From IMG/VR virus record IMGVR_UViG_3300012943_000015, positions 1 through 46,122 of that record: DNA of 46,122 bases; one strand, 5' to 3'. The translations under genes and the position numbers were made by a program. Source of the DNA: a virus. Taxonomy: Duplodnaviria > Caudoviricetes. Positions 17,110-25,086 of the stretch are shown here, in pieces; position 1 is the stretch's first letter; the number at the start of each line of letters is the position of its first letter. A model generated the notes under the pieces. The model was given only the letters and a program-made list of their open reading frames with translations. It made no database searches and was not told the DNA's origin.

Positions 17110-17372
17110 TGTCTACGTTTGCCTGGATTCACGGCGCCTCGCCCAACGGCGAGCAATGCGCAGGCTGTAACAACTTGGTGTGGCAACGATTCGCCGGGGA
17201 GGTGTGCTGGTCGTGCTATACCGAGGCGGCAAGGTTCGCTATGGAAAACCGAACCTCCCTATCGGGCCCGTCCTCGAACACTATGGTGCAGATCTTTCAC
17301 GCGCTCGGCCTGGCGGTTGGTCAAAGATCCGATGCCCATTCCACGATGACGGCGCCCCAAGCGCAACCGTAA
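17109..17372 (+). CDS. Zn-finger hypothetical protein overlapping the primase ZBD
   Basis: CAGC...CWSC; TGATG coupling. Confidence 0.45.
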   Translation: MSTFAWIHGASPNGEQCAGCNNLVWQRFAGEVCWSCYTEAARFAMENRTSLSGPSSNTMVQIFHALGLAVGQRSDAHSTMTAPQAQP

Positions 17373-17575
17373 ACCTTCAGATCAACCGCTTCCAATGCTG
17401 GGTCGGATGCACCGACCGGGCAGAGGACACTGTCGGATTGGTAATGCACATTGAGCAGCTCGCCTTTCTCGCTGCCCTCCAGCAAGCGGAGAGCATTACT
17501 GGACAGAGCCACGAGAGAGTACGCGGAAAGCGTGGCGCTAGCCAAGGACTATTTACTGAGTCGTGGTTTCGATGA
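17180..17575 (+). CDS. DNA primase zinc-binding domain (CHC2)
   Basis: I..VLEHYG, CPFHDD..PSA.VN...FQC..C motif; start uncertain. Confidence 0.8.
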   Translation: MATIRRGGVLVVLYRGGKVRYGKPNLPIGPVLEHYGADLSRARPGGWSKIRCPFHDDGAPSATVNLQINRFQCWVGCTDRAEDTVGLVMHIEQLAFLAALQQAESITGQSHERVRGKRGASQGLFTESWFR

Positions 17576-18119
17576 GGAAACCATCGACTACTGGCAGCTG
17601 GGATACGTGTTCGAGCCGCTGCCTGGGCATGAGCGGTTCAAGGGTTACCTGTCCATCCCCTATCTGACGAGGGCCGGCACGGCGGCACTCAAGTTTCGGT
17701 GTATCCGGGCAGAGTGCATCGAGCTCGAGAAGTGCGAGGGGCATCCGAAGTATGACTCGGAGGCGGGCGGTGGCACCTACCTGTTCGGTGCCCTCTCATT
17801 CTGGATAGACAGCTCATTCATCTGCGTCACCGAAGGTGAGCTGGATGCCATCGCCTGCGGCATGGCGGGTTTGCCGGCCGTCGGTATCTCGGGTGCCAGC
17901 AAATGGCTGAAGCACTGGCAGTACTGCTTCGAAGGGTACGACGAAGTCATTGTGCTGGCCGATGGTGACAAGCCTGGTGAGCGGCTGGCGTCCAATGTCT
18001 CTAACGCCTGCCACAATGCACGCGTGCTGACATTCCCTGCGGGGTCGGATGTCAATGCGTATCTGGTTGAACATGGCGCTGATGCGCTCAGGCGAAAGGT
18101 TCTCGGCGATGAGCGTTAG
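17451..18119 (+). CDS. DNA primase TOPRIM domain
   Basis: YLLSRG, SIPY, VTEGELDA and DGDKPG motifs. Confidence 0.88.
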   Translation: MSSSPFSLPSSKRRALLDRATREYAESVALAKDYLLSRGFDEETIDYWQLGYVFEPLPGHERFKGYLSIPYLTRAGTAALKFRCIRAECIELEKCEGHPKYDSEAGGGTYLFGALSFWIDSSFICVTEGELDAIACGMAGLPAVGISGASKWLKHWQYCFEGYDEVIVLADGDKPGERLASNVSNACHNARVLTFPAGSDVNAYLVEHGADALRRKVLGDER

Positions 18120-18312
18120 TTTTCAGGGTGACGTTGAAGAGGTCGAGGCTTGGTACAGCCGAGGCGCAGAGCTCGGCCTCGAGGTAATCCGCATCGGGTG
18201 GGGTCCGATTGGGGAGCGGACCACCATCGATCTGGATATCAAGGATGCCGTGTTCCTCCAGTGGCAACTGGCCGGGGCGATCGACGACTACGCAAAGGCG
18301 GTAGGCAAGTGA
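18109..18312 (+). CDS. Hypothetical protein
   Basis: 67 aa within the operon. Confidence 0.55.
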   Translation: MSVSFQGDVEEVEAWYSRGAELGLEVIRIGWGPIGERTTIDLDIKDAVFLQWQLAGAIDDYAKAVGK

Positions 18313-18815
18313 GTAGCTGGAAGATTGGATCCGACAGTTCACGCAGTGAATCTGTCGTCGACGACGCGACCACTGCGTGGCGCGTTGGACCTGTGCAGCT
18401 GGAGCTGCGAGAGGACGGCACGTTCTCCATCTACCAGCCCGACACCAATCGGGTGCTGTCCGTGGAACTGGCCCGGCAGGTGGCGTGGCAGATCCTCTCG
18501 GCCACCACACCCGATGACGTGACGGACGTCATTGAGGACGTCAAGGCTGAGGCGCAGTCCACCGTCGGTGGCGGTGTGATTGCGACATCGGATGGTCCGG
18601 TCGATGACTCGGTGCTGGCCAAGGAGAAGCGCGGCGGCTTCGCGCAGATCGACAACCCCGAGTTCGCCAAGCTCACGGACACCGAGGTTGAAGCCGACCG
18701 CAATGCGGCCGAGGCGAGGGCCTCGATCGAACGCGGCGTCAAGGATGTGGAGCAGGGCAACGTGAAGCCTGCTCCCGTCAAGCGTCGGCCGGGTCGACCG
18801 CGGAAGCAGTCATGA
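18309..18815 (+). CDS. Hypothetical protein with C-terminal AT-hook
   Basis: Acidic body ending in KRRPGRPRKQS. Confidence 0.65.
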   Translation: MSSWKIGSDSSRSESVVDDATTAWRVGPVQLELREDGTFSIYQPDTNRVLSVELARQVAWQILSATTPDDVTDVIEDVKAEAQSTVGGGVIATSDGPVDDSVLAKEKRGGFAQIDNPEFAKLTDTEVEADRNAAEARASIERGVKDVEQGNVKPAPVKRRPGRPRKQS

Positions 18816-19048
18816 CCGACTCTCCGGTCAGCTACCGCCTGCGCTACTCGGCTGTCGAATACAGCCGGCGCAATGGACCCATGTCCTCGCTGCTGTTCTC
18901 TCTGGCGCAGCAGTGCCTGCTGTGGGAGCACGACGGCAAGCACATCGAGCAGGTGCACTGCCATCTGACCGGTGACGGTGACCATATGGGTGTCTGTCTG
19001 GTGGATGAGCATGGCTCCGTGGAAGCCGCGGCCGAAGCCGCCGCCTAA
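18812..19048 (+). CDS. Hypothetical protein
   Basis: ATGA-coupled, His/Cys-containing. Confidence 0.4.
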   Translation: MTDSPVSYRLRYSAVEYSRRNGPMSSLLFSLAQQCLLWEHDGKHIEQVHCHLTGDGDHMGVCLVDEHGSVEAAAEAAA

Positions 19049-19160
19049 GACGGGCACCAAGTGCAGCCAGTGCAAGGACGGCATCGTCAAGGACAAGATC
19101 GATGGCCGGTGGGTGGAGCGCCAGTGCAAGAACTGCAACGGGATGGGGCGGATCGGGTGA
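19005..19160 (+). CDS. DnaJ-type zinc finger micro-protein
   Basis: CSQCKDG...CKNCNGMG. Confidence 0.6.
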   Translation: MSMAPWKPRPKPPPKTGTKCSQCKDGIVKDKIDGRWVERQCKNCNGMGRIG

Positions 19161-19315
19161 AGGTCGGAGACGTAGAGGTGAAGCCGACACCTGCCGGCGT
19201 GCTGGTGTCGATACCTACCGACACCATCCCTGCCGTGGCCCATCTGGATAGGGGCGAGACGTTCATGTTGGCCAACGAGTTGGTGCGCATGGCCAGGCGA
19301 GTGGAGATCCAGTGA
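19157..19315 (+). CDS. Small hypothetical protein
   Basis: GTGA-coupled on both sides, 52 aa. Confidence 0.55.
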   Translation: MKVGDVEVKPTPAGVLVSIPTDTIPAVAHLDRGETFMLANELVRMARRVEIQ

Positions 19316-19677
19316 AGCGCATCCTCGTGACCGGCAGTCGGGGCTGGACTGACTGGCCAACCCTCTGCAGTGCCCTCAACAACGCCCTCGGCGGCGTTGA
19401 TGTGGTGACGATCGTGCACGGTGCAGCGGCGGGCGCCGATGCAATGGCTCAAGAGTGGGCGGACGTGGCAGAGATGCCGTTCGAGGCGCATCGAGCCGAG
19501 GACTTCCCTTCTCCGCTTGTTCGCAATCGGCACATGGTGAACCTGGGTGCGGATGTGTGCCTCGCCTTCGCCCAGAAATGGGCGAGCGGGACTGGAAACT
19601 GCGCTCGACTTGCCCGCAGGGCAGGTATCCCTGTCATTGACTACGGGGTGGATACCAGCATGGAGGCCCGGCCATGA
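19312..19677 (+). CDS. SLOG superfamily (YspA/DUF2493-like) protein
   Basis: RILVTGSR, IVHG.A.GAD, RN..MV, AF...SGT motifs. Confidence 0.85.
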   Translation: MKRILVTGSRGWTDWPTLCSALNNALGGVDVVTIVHGAAAGADAMAQEWADVAEMPFEAHRAEDFPSPLVRNRHMVNLGADVCLAFAQKWASGTGNCARLARRAGIPVIDYGVDTSMEARP

Positions 19678-20465
19678 GTGACGGCCCGAAGATCCTCACG
19701 CTGGACATCGAGCGGTTCCCGAACATCGTGCACAAGTGGTCGCTGTTCGACAAGCATCCGACACCGCTCAACATGGTGGAACAGTTCGGGTCCACCGTCA
19801 GCTTCGCCGCCAAGTGGTACGGCAAGAGCAAAGTCGAGTTCTACTCCGACTACCACGATGGACACAAGCACATGATCGAGCAGGCACACCGCTTGCTCGG
19901 TGAGGCGGACATCGTCATCACCTACAACGGTGACAGCTTCGACCTGCCCCATCTCCGACGGGAGATGGTGACGCTCTCCTTTGGACCGCACGCACCGGTC
20001 CTGTCGGTTGATCTGTACAAAGTGGTCAAGCGGCAGTACCGCTTCGAGTCCAACAAGCTTCAGCATGTGGCCCAGCAGTTGGGTGTGGGCTCCAAGTTGC
20101 AGCACGAAGGCCACGGGCTGTGGCGTAGGTGCATGGCAGCCCTCGACCGGCTTGGTGCCGGCGAGCAGCTGCGCCCCGAGGATGAGCGAGCCTGGGCTTT
20201 GATGGCCAGGTACAACAAGCAGGACGTGCGCCTGACCGAGCAGCTGTACGACAGGCTGCGACCGTGGATCACCAGCCACCCGCACATGGGCCTGTTCCTC
20301 GGTGAGGAGCATGCGTGTAACCGGTGCGGGTCCACCGATCTGGAGCGGCGGGGCTTGAAGCACACGCCGCTGTCCTCGTACCAGCAGTACCGCTGCCGTG
20401 AGTGCGGCGGCTGGTCCCGTGGCAGGACCGCGGTTGCACGAGTGGATGAGAGGGGCACAGCGTGA
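19674..20465 (+). CDS. RNase H-fold 3'-5' exonuclease (RNase_H_2/YprB-like) with C-terminal Zn ribbon
   Basis: LDIE, TYNGDSFD, YNKQDV, CNRCGS...CRECG. Confidence 0.85.
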   Translation: MSDGPKILTLDIERFPNIVHKWSLFDKHPTPLNMVEQFGSTVSFAAKWYGKSKVEFYSDYHDGHKHMIEQAHRLLGEADIVITYNGDSFDLPHLRREMVTLSFGPHAPVLSVDLYKVVKRQYRFESNKLQHVAQQLGVGSKLQHEGHGLWRRCMAALDRLGAGEQLRPEDERAWALMARYNKQDVRLTEQLYDRLRPWITSHPHMGLFLGEEHACNRCGSTDLERRGLKHTPLSSYQQYRCRECGGWSRGRTAVARVDERGTA

Positions 20466-20734
20466 AGCTGAGCCGTAGGGCTGGCGTGTATCTGGCGTCA
20501 GCCAACTGGGATCGCATCACCGCATGGGTAGGCGCAAGCCTGGTGGGTGTAGCTGCCGACGTCATCCCGCCGTGGCTGCTGCCGCTGCTGCTGCCGGTGC
20601 TCACGCACCATTGGGCTCAAGCCCTGTTTGCCGGCCGTCAGGTGCTCGCTCACGCTGCCGCAATGGCGAGGGTGGATGAGTACACCAGCACGCTCGCGAC
20701 GGCGGCAGAGGACAACTCAGAGGCGGGCGAATGA
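20462..20734 (+). CDS. Membrane protein
   Basis: Two hydrophobic segments. Confidence 0.55.
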   Translation: MKLSRRAGVYLASANWDRITAWVGASLVGVAADVIPPWLLPLLLPVLTHHWAQALFAGRQVLAHAAAMARVDEYTSTLATAAEDNSEAGE

Positions 20735-21105
20735 GCGATGGCTTGGTGCGTGCGCGGCTGCTACAAGGTGAAGAAGGACGGCAAGTGGGTGTGCGTGAGA
20801 TGCGGGAAGTGACTGACCCATTCGATCGCGTGGTCGAGGAAATCCAGGCGCTCAATGAACGCAAGCGTGCCGACTACACCAACGGGCAAGACCCGTGGCA
20901 GAACTTCAAGGACTCCGCTACCCAAGTGGGTGCGGCACCTGGCCTGTCTGTTGAGGTGCTGATCGGCACCAAGCAGGCCCGTCTCAAGCAGCTGCTGTTC
21001 ACCGGTCGTGAGGTGAACAACGAGTCGGTGCGTGACTCGCTGCTGGATCGTGCCGTGTATTCGGTGATTGCCCTCGCCATGTACGACGAGGGGCATTACT
21101 CCTGA
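20731..21105 (+). CDS. DUF1599/Nmad1-like all-alpha nucleotide-modification-associated protein
   Basis: K.ADY...DP..NF and NESVRDSLLD.AVY.VI motifs. Confidence 0.7.
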   Translation: MSDGLVRARLLQGEEGRQVGVREMREVTDPFDRVVEEIQALNERKRADYTNGQDPWQNFKDSATQVGAAPGLSVEVLIGTKQARLKQLLFTGREVNNESVRDSLLDRAVYSVIALAMYDEGHYS

Positions 21106-21137
21106 CTCAAGTCGTAACGAGGCGGGAGGTGATGAAC

Positions 21138-21302
21138 GTGGCAGTTCCCAAGAAGCCGGCCGGTAAGCCGGCGGCGAAGGGCAAGGGCAAGGGCAAGCCT
21201 CCGCCCTTCGTGAAGAAGGGCGAGGAGAAGAAGGCCCCGGCCAAGGGCAAGGCCCCAGTCAAGAAGGCGGCGGGCAAGAAGCCCCCGCCGAAGGGCAAGT
21301 AA
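21138..21302 (+). CDS. Lys/Pro/Ala/Gly-rich basic micro-protein (54 aa, absent from ORF track)
   Basis: Strong RBS GGAGGTGA; MAVPKKPAGKPAAKGKGKGKPPPFVKKGEEKKAPAKGKAPVKKAAGKKPPPKGK. Confidence 0.7.
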   Translation: MAVPKKPAGKPAAKGKGKGKPPPFVKKGEEKKAPAKGKAPVKKAAGKKPPPKGK

Positions 21303-21313
21303 CTCAACACAGC

Positions 21314-21368
21314 AGGAAGCCCCGGTCTTGGGATGATTATGCAGGTCATCTCCGAACCGGGGCTTCCT
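21314..21368. terminator. Long hairpin between convergent operons
   Basis: AGGAAGCCCCGGT...ACCGGGGCTTCCT, a perfect 13-bp outer stem. Confidence 0.65.
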
Positions 21369-21513
21369 CATGCGACGAACTTGAGGGCTCGCCGCTGATG
21401 GTTGGCCAAGCGCGACCTGTCGGATGACCACCTCCATTGGGTGGGTCGAGTGAACAGTTAACGGCGATCACGTTAGTGTCAGATGTGACGTTTCGCATCA
21501 CCCTTGCGGGTGG

Positions 21514-21711
21514 CTACGCCGCCCGCTGAGCAGGCTGGCTGGTCAGATGGAATCCGTTGCAGTTCCCGCAGTAGTAGCTGCGCTCTTCACGTCTCTTCTG
21601 GCTGCGGCCGAAGGCCCGCTTGATCTTGGCATCGACGAGCGCAAGCTGCGCCTCGTCGTATGAAGAGAAGCGTGCCTTGCCTGTACATCCGGGTACCTTG
21701 GCCTTAGTCAT
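21514..21711 (-). CDS. Zn-finger protein (RxYxCxxCxGxHLTS type)
   Basis: CTGK.RF..A and RSYYCGNCNGFHLTS. Confidence 0.75.
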   Translation of the reverse strand: MTKAKVPGCTGKARFSSYDEAQLALVDAKIKRAFGRSQKRREERSYYCGNCNGFHLTSQPAQRAA

Positions 21712-21844
21712 TGACGCGCCACACTTCACGCGTCCACCTGCTGTCCAGGTTCAGCGCCCAGTCCTGCGCCTCGTGCTCGAGGTGGAATGGCCGGCTGATG
21801 GGCAGCCAGCGGTCGGCCACCTTGATGTAGACCACGTAGCTCAC
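21704..21844 (-). CDS. Small hypothetical protein (46 aa), paralogue of 23405-23557
   Basis: Coupled on both sides; MSYVVYIKVADRWLPISRPFHLEHEAQDWALNLD. Confidence 0.6.
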   Translation of the reverse strand: MSYVVYIKVADRWLPISRPFHLEHEAQDWALNLDSRWTREVWRVND

Positions 21845-22056
21845 GATGCTTCTCCCGCCCACCCCATGTACCGCTCGGCCATCGTGACCTCGCGGTCAGC
21901 CAGGTTGGCATCCTGCACCGCACCCGACAGGAACGAGATGGCCTGTAGTGGGGTGCCCAACCTGTTGCGTTCCATCACACCGTTGACGAGCTCGGCCACC
22001 CAGTGGGCCAGATCGTGCGCCAGCTGGAGATCCTCGTGATCTCGCGAGGTGTACAT
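21841..22056 (-). CDS. Hypothetical protein
   Basis: 71 aa, coupled. Confidence 0.6.
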   Translation of the reverse strand: MYTSRDHEDLQLAHDLAHWVAELVNGVMERNRLGTPLQAISFLSGAVQDANLADREVTMAERYMGWAGEAS

Positions 22057-22472
22057 CAGAACTCTGCTTCGATCAGGTCGGCGATCTGCTCGAACGAGGC
22101 GCCGCCGTCGTTCACATGCGAGATACGCATGGGGAAGCCGTCATCATCCATCCGGCTGGTGTAAGGCTGGCCGTCGTCCAGGCCAGCCCATTCCCGGACC
22201 GTGCCTGGCAGGCCACTGCCGTGGCCGTCGTACTGGGTGTAGCCGTTCTTGTGATGGACCTTGAGTTCGATGCCGGACAGGATGGCCACCTCACACAGCA
22301 CGCCCAGGCAGCACAGCTCGTTGCCCTTGCGGAGCACGCCCTTGCCCTGCTTGTACTCGCCACTGCGCAGCGCAGCCACCCACTGGGCCTTGATCTTCGG
22401 ATCCATCCGCGAAGCGGACTGGTCCTCAGCAACATCAGCTTCGCTGTTGATTGCGTCCGGGTTCATGCCCAT
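22056..22472 (-). CDS. Conserved-type phage hypothetical protein
   Basis: WVAALRSGEYKQG..L...CCLGVLC...ND.G.SF.QIAD.IE pattern; GGAGG RBS. Confidence 0.8.
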   Translation of the reverse strand: MGMNPDAINSEADVAEDQSASRMDPKIKAQWVAALRSGEYKQGKGVLRKGNELCCLGVLCEVAILSGIELKVHHKNGYTQYDGHGSGLPGTVREWAGLDDGQPYTSRMDDDGFPMRISHVNDGGASFEQIADLIEAEF

Positions 22473-22566
22473 GTCTACCGCCTCCTGCTTGATGGCTTGC
22501 TTGATAGATCGGACAAGCAGCGAAGCTGTCTTGTCCTGACGACTAGTTGATACTCAACTTGTCGGA

Positions 22567-22596
22567 TACAAGCATGACCATACATCAAGCATGACG
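22567..22596. promoter_or_regulatory. Tandem pair of the repeated motif
   Basis: TACAAGCATGACC (22567-22579) and ATCAAGCATGACG (22584-22596), upstream of the leftward gene starting at 22472. Confidence 0.6.
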
Positions 22597-22644
22597 CAAG
22601 CGGCCGGCGCTATCCAGTTGCTCAAGCAAATGTGCAGGTCAAAG

Positions 22645-22674
22645 AGAAAAGGCGGAGCGCAACGGCTCCGCCCC
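22645..22674 (-). terminator. Intrinsic terminator
   Basis: Minus strand GGCGGAGC-loop-GCTCCGCC-TTTTCT. Confidence 0.7.
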
Positions 22675-22726
22675 ACGTTATGGCGTTGGGTTGGTGAACG
22701 ATGTGTCGTTTGTGTCGATCTTGTCG

Positions 22727-22981
22727 TTAGTGACGGTTGGCTTGGAGCTCTAGCTCTACCTCCAGCACCTGCATGTTGCGGCACAGGGTGGCGCCAGCCT
22801 CAAGCGAGGCAGCCACCTCATCCCACGGGCCAGAGCCATCCATCATCACGGCGCGGCACAGCTCAGCCGTGAACCGGGACATAGCCATCAGCCTGGATAC
22901 GGCAGCCACCTGCTCAGGGGTGGCGCCGTTGAACGGGATGCGCTCGTTGGCCTGCGCTACCAGTGCTAGGTGTCGGCTCAC
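22727..22981 (-). CDS. Hypothetical protein
   Basis: 84 aa helical ORF ending before the terminator. Confidence 0.55.
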   Translation of the reverse strand: MSRHLALVAQANERIPFNGATPEQVAAVSRLMAMSRFTAELCRAVMMDGSGPWDEVAASLEAGATLCRNMQVLEVELELQANRH

Positions 22982-23161
22982 GAGTCAGCCCGCCAAGGCG
23001 AGGGGCTCAACACTTGCCCCTGCCCGACGGGCTGGAAGGCAAGCGACTTTCGCAGCGTCCATTCGACGCTGTCCGCTTGGGTATGCATGTGTAGTTGTCC
23101 TGACGTTGGTCCCGGCCCTGGCAGCCGGGACGGTAGCTCGAGGCTAACACCAGAGCGAGAG

Positions 23162-23359
23162 TCAGACCACCTCGTCCGGGTTGTCCACCACCAGATAGGT
23201 GGTCTCGCCCAGCGTGACGCTGGTGTCGCCGGCCTCGAGATCCTCAAGAGCCTGCCGTGCCTCACGCTGCCTGTGTGGGCTGCGCTGCCCGCCGAGCGCG
23301 TCACGCATCAGCTGAGTGATCTCTTCGAGGGTGCCGTAGGCGATGGACACGTAGCGCAT
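23162..23359 (-). CDS. Hypothetical protein
   Basis: 65 aa, MRYVSIAYGTLEEI... Confidence 0.55.
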   Translation of the reverse strand: MRYVSIAYGTLEEITQLMRDALGGQRSPHRQREARQALEDLEAGDTSVTLGETTYLVVDNPDEVV

Positions 23360-23404
23360 GCGTGACAGGCTAGAGCACGACGAACGGGCCGTGCTCAACC
23401 TCGC

Positions 23405-23557
23405 TCATTCGTCCTGGTACCAGATGGACCGTGGAAAGCTGTCGTCCAGGCAGTCCGCCCACTCGAGCGCCATACGCTCCGAGGGGAGCGAGCCGGGCCG
23501 ACTCACTGTCACCCACTGGCCGTTCACTTCGATGCGCACGTAGTAGTAACCACTCAT
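23405..23557 (-). CDS. Small hypothetical protein (50 aa), paralogue of 21704-21844
   Basis: ATGA coupling; MSGYYYVRIEVNGQWVTVSRPGSLPSERMALEWADCLD. Confidence 0.6.
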   Translation of the reverse strand: MSGYYYVRIEVNGQWVTVSRPGSLPSERMALEWADCLDDSFPRSIWYQDE

Positions 23558-23676
23558 GCCGCCGGCTCCCATCTCGTGATCTCGAACGGTCCGTACTTCG
23601 CTTCCACGTACAGCCGCGCCTCAAATCGAGACATGCGGGCGTTACCGCATGTCCCTTGCGACGCGCCTCTCGTCAC
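23554..23676 (-). CDS. Micro-protein (40 aa) similar to the C-terminus of 23673-23918
   Basis: EARLYVEAKYGPFEITRWE; GTGA coupling. Confidence 0.5.
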   Translation of the reverse strand: MTRGASQGTCGNARMSRFEARLYVEAKYGPFEITRWEPAA

Positions 23677-23918
23677 ACCTCCCATGCGGTCACGATGAAG
23701 GGGCCGTGAACCGCTTCGGTGTAGAGGCGCGCTTCGCACCCAGCTATCAGCCTGTCCACCGTGCGGCAGTGGCCGCAGCTGCGCCGCGGGTGATGCACAC
23801 AGTCATGGTCGGTGGACCTGCGGTGGAAGAGGGGGCCGGCTGCCGCCAGCACGCCACACGGGCAGTGAAGTGCGGCCGACACGGCAGCAACCAGCTCGTT
23901 AGCCTGCTCGGTGCTCAT
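23673..23918 (-). CDS. Cys/His-rich hypothetical protein
   Basis: CPC..CVHH..CGHC; EARLYTEAVHGPFIVTAWE. Confidence 0.55.
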   Translation of the reverse strand: MSTEQANELVAAVSAALHCPCGVLAAAGPLFHRRSTDHDCVHHPRRSCGHCRTVDRLIAGCEARLYTEAVHGPFIVTAWEV

Positions 23919-24133
23919 GATCTCGGCCTGATCTGGTTGAAGGCGTCAGCAGCCGGGCTTGCATCGTCATGCTGCGCGATCATCTCGTCGTGGTCGTACA
24001 CGTTGAACATCCCCGTGCCGACGTGGTACGTCACCCGTGCGCTGTATCCCTGACCCCAGTGTCCGGCCAGCTGTATCTCTTGCTCGTTGGCGTAGTCTTC
24101 CAGCTCCTGCGCCGTCACGTGGTTATGACTCAT
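23915..24133 (-). CDS. Hypothetical protein
   Basis: 72 aa, ATGA-coupled. Confidence 0.6.
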   Translation of the reverse strand: MSHNHVTAQELEDYANEQEIQLAGHWGQGYSARVTYHVGTGMFNVYDHDEMIAQHDDASPAADAFNQIRPRS

Positions 24134-24387
24134 GCCGCACGCTCCGATGGATAGAGCGTGGCAGCCAGCGCCGCAGGCATGTGGTAAGGCATGCCCATGT
24201 AGCCGCACGTCACCAGCGCCAGCGAATACAAGTTGATGTACCTGTCCGGCCAGGCCAGCGGGCCGGCATGCTGCTCGCAGTAGATCTGGTCCGTCACCTC
24301 GTCGACGTGCGTGGCAGGCGCCTCGCAGTACCTGCTACCCAGCCACTCGTCACAGCCGCGCGGATTCGACTCGTGCACTCGCATCAC
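24130..24387 (-). CDS. Zn-binding hypothetical protein
   Basis: C..C...YCEQH; GGAGG RBS. Confidence 0.6.
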   Translation of the reverse strand: MMRVHESNPRGCDEWLGSRYCEAPATHVDEVTDQIYCEQHAGPLAWPDRYINLYSLALVTCGYMGMPYHMPAALAATLYPSERAA

Positions 24388-24594
24388 TCAGTCCTCCAAC
24401 GGGGTCAAGTAATCCAAGGGCACGCGATGCACGGTTCCGCCCACGCGCACTCTCGTCATGGACGGTTCGTAGGCCACCGCGCCGACCACCTCGCCCGTCG
24501 ATATCCTGTAGGTCATGCGGGTGGTGAATGCGCCCACCCGTCCGGCGGGTTGCTCGATGCGCACACGGGTTCCGGGGCCGGGCTGCATGTTCAC
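24388..24594 (-). CDS. Small SH3-like hypothetical protein
   Basis: PGTRVRI...GEVVG...RVRV...VPLDYL pattern. Confidence 0.55.
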   Translation of the reverse strand: MNMQPGPGTRVRIEQPAGRVGAFTTRMTYRISTGEVVGAVAYEPSMTRVRVGGTVHRVPLDYLTPLED

Positions 24595-24779
24595 GGCGTC
24601 ACCTGCGTGATGTGGTACGCGCCATCGTGGTAGACGACAGCGCAGCTGTCCTCCGTCGGGCACGGGACCACCGTGTCCGTGCTGTCCTCCGCCGACGCCA
24701 TGGACATCACTGCCCACGCGATACCCGCCCACATGGCCAGGCCCAGCACACACGCACCGACCAGTCTCTTGACGGTCAT
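24591..24779 (-). CDS. Small secreted/membrane-anchored CPxEDSC protein A
   Basis: Signal-like N-terminus ending in ASA; CPTEDSCAVVYHDGAYHI; AGGAG RBS. Confidence 0.7.
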   Translation of the reverse strand: MTVKRLVGACVLGLAMWAGIAWAVMSMASAEDSTDTVVPCPTEDSCAVVYHDGAYHITQVTP

Positions 24780-24849
24780 GATCCTCTCCTTCACGGTCTG
24801 AGTCCCGACAGCGCAAGGCAGGTGCCAACACCTGCCCAACGCAATCCGC

Positions 24850-25086
24850 TCAGAACTCGAACTGCTCGTCCGCCACCAGCTGGGCAGCCCACGTCACGCC
24901 GGCCAGGAAACTGTCCTCATCCGAGAACGCAGGCACCGGACCACCAGCACCCGGCTCGCCGAAGCCGGGGTCCTGCACCACGCCGCGCAGTGCGGCAGCC
25001 AGGTTGACGCGCGTCTCCCGCACCAACGCTGTGATCAGCTCATCCACGTGAGCGTGGATGCCATCGGCAATGTCACTCGCACTCAT
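24850..25086 (-). CDS. Hypothetical protein
   Basis: 78 aa, ATGA-coupled. Confidence 0.55.
   Translation of the reverse strand: MSASDIADGIHAHVDELITALVRETRVNLAAALRGVVQDPGFGEPGAGGPVPAFSDEDSFLAGVTWAAQLVADEQFEF

Noticed and set aside
19674-20465. DNA polymerase
   Set aside because: Only an exonuclease domain is present; no polymerase palm motifs here or elsewhere
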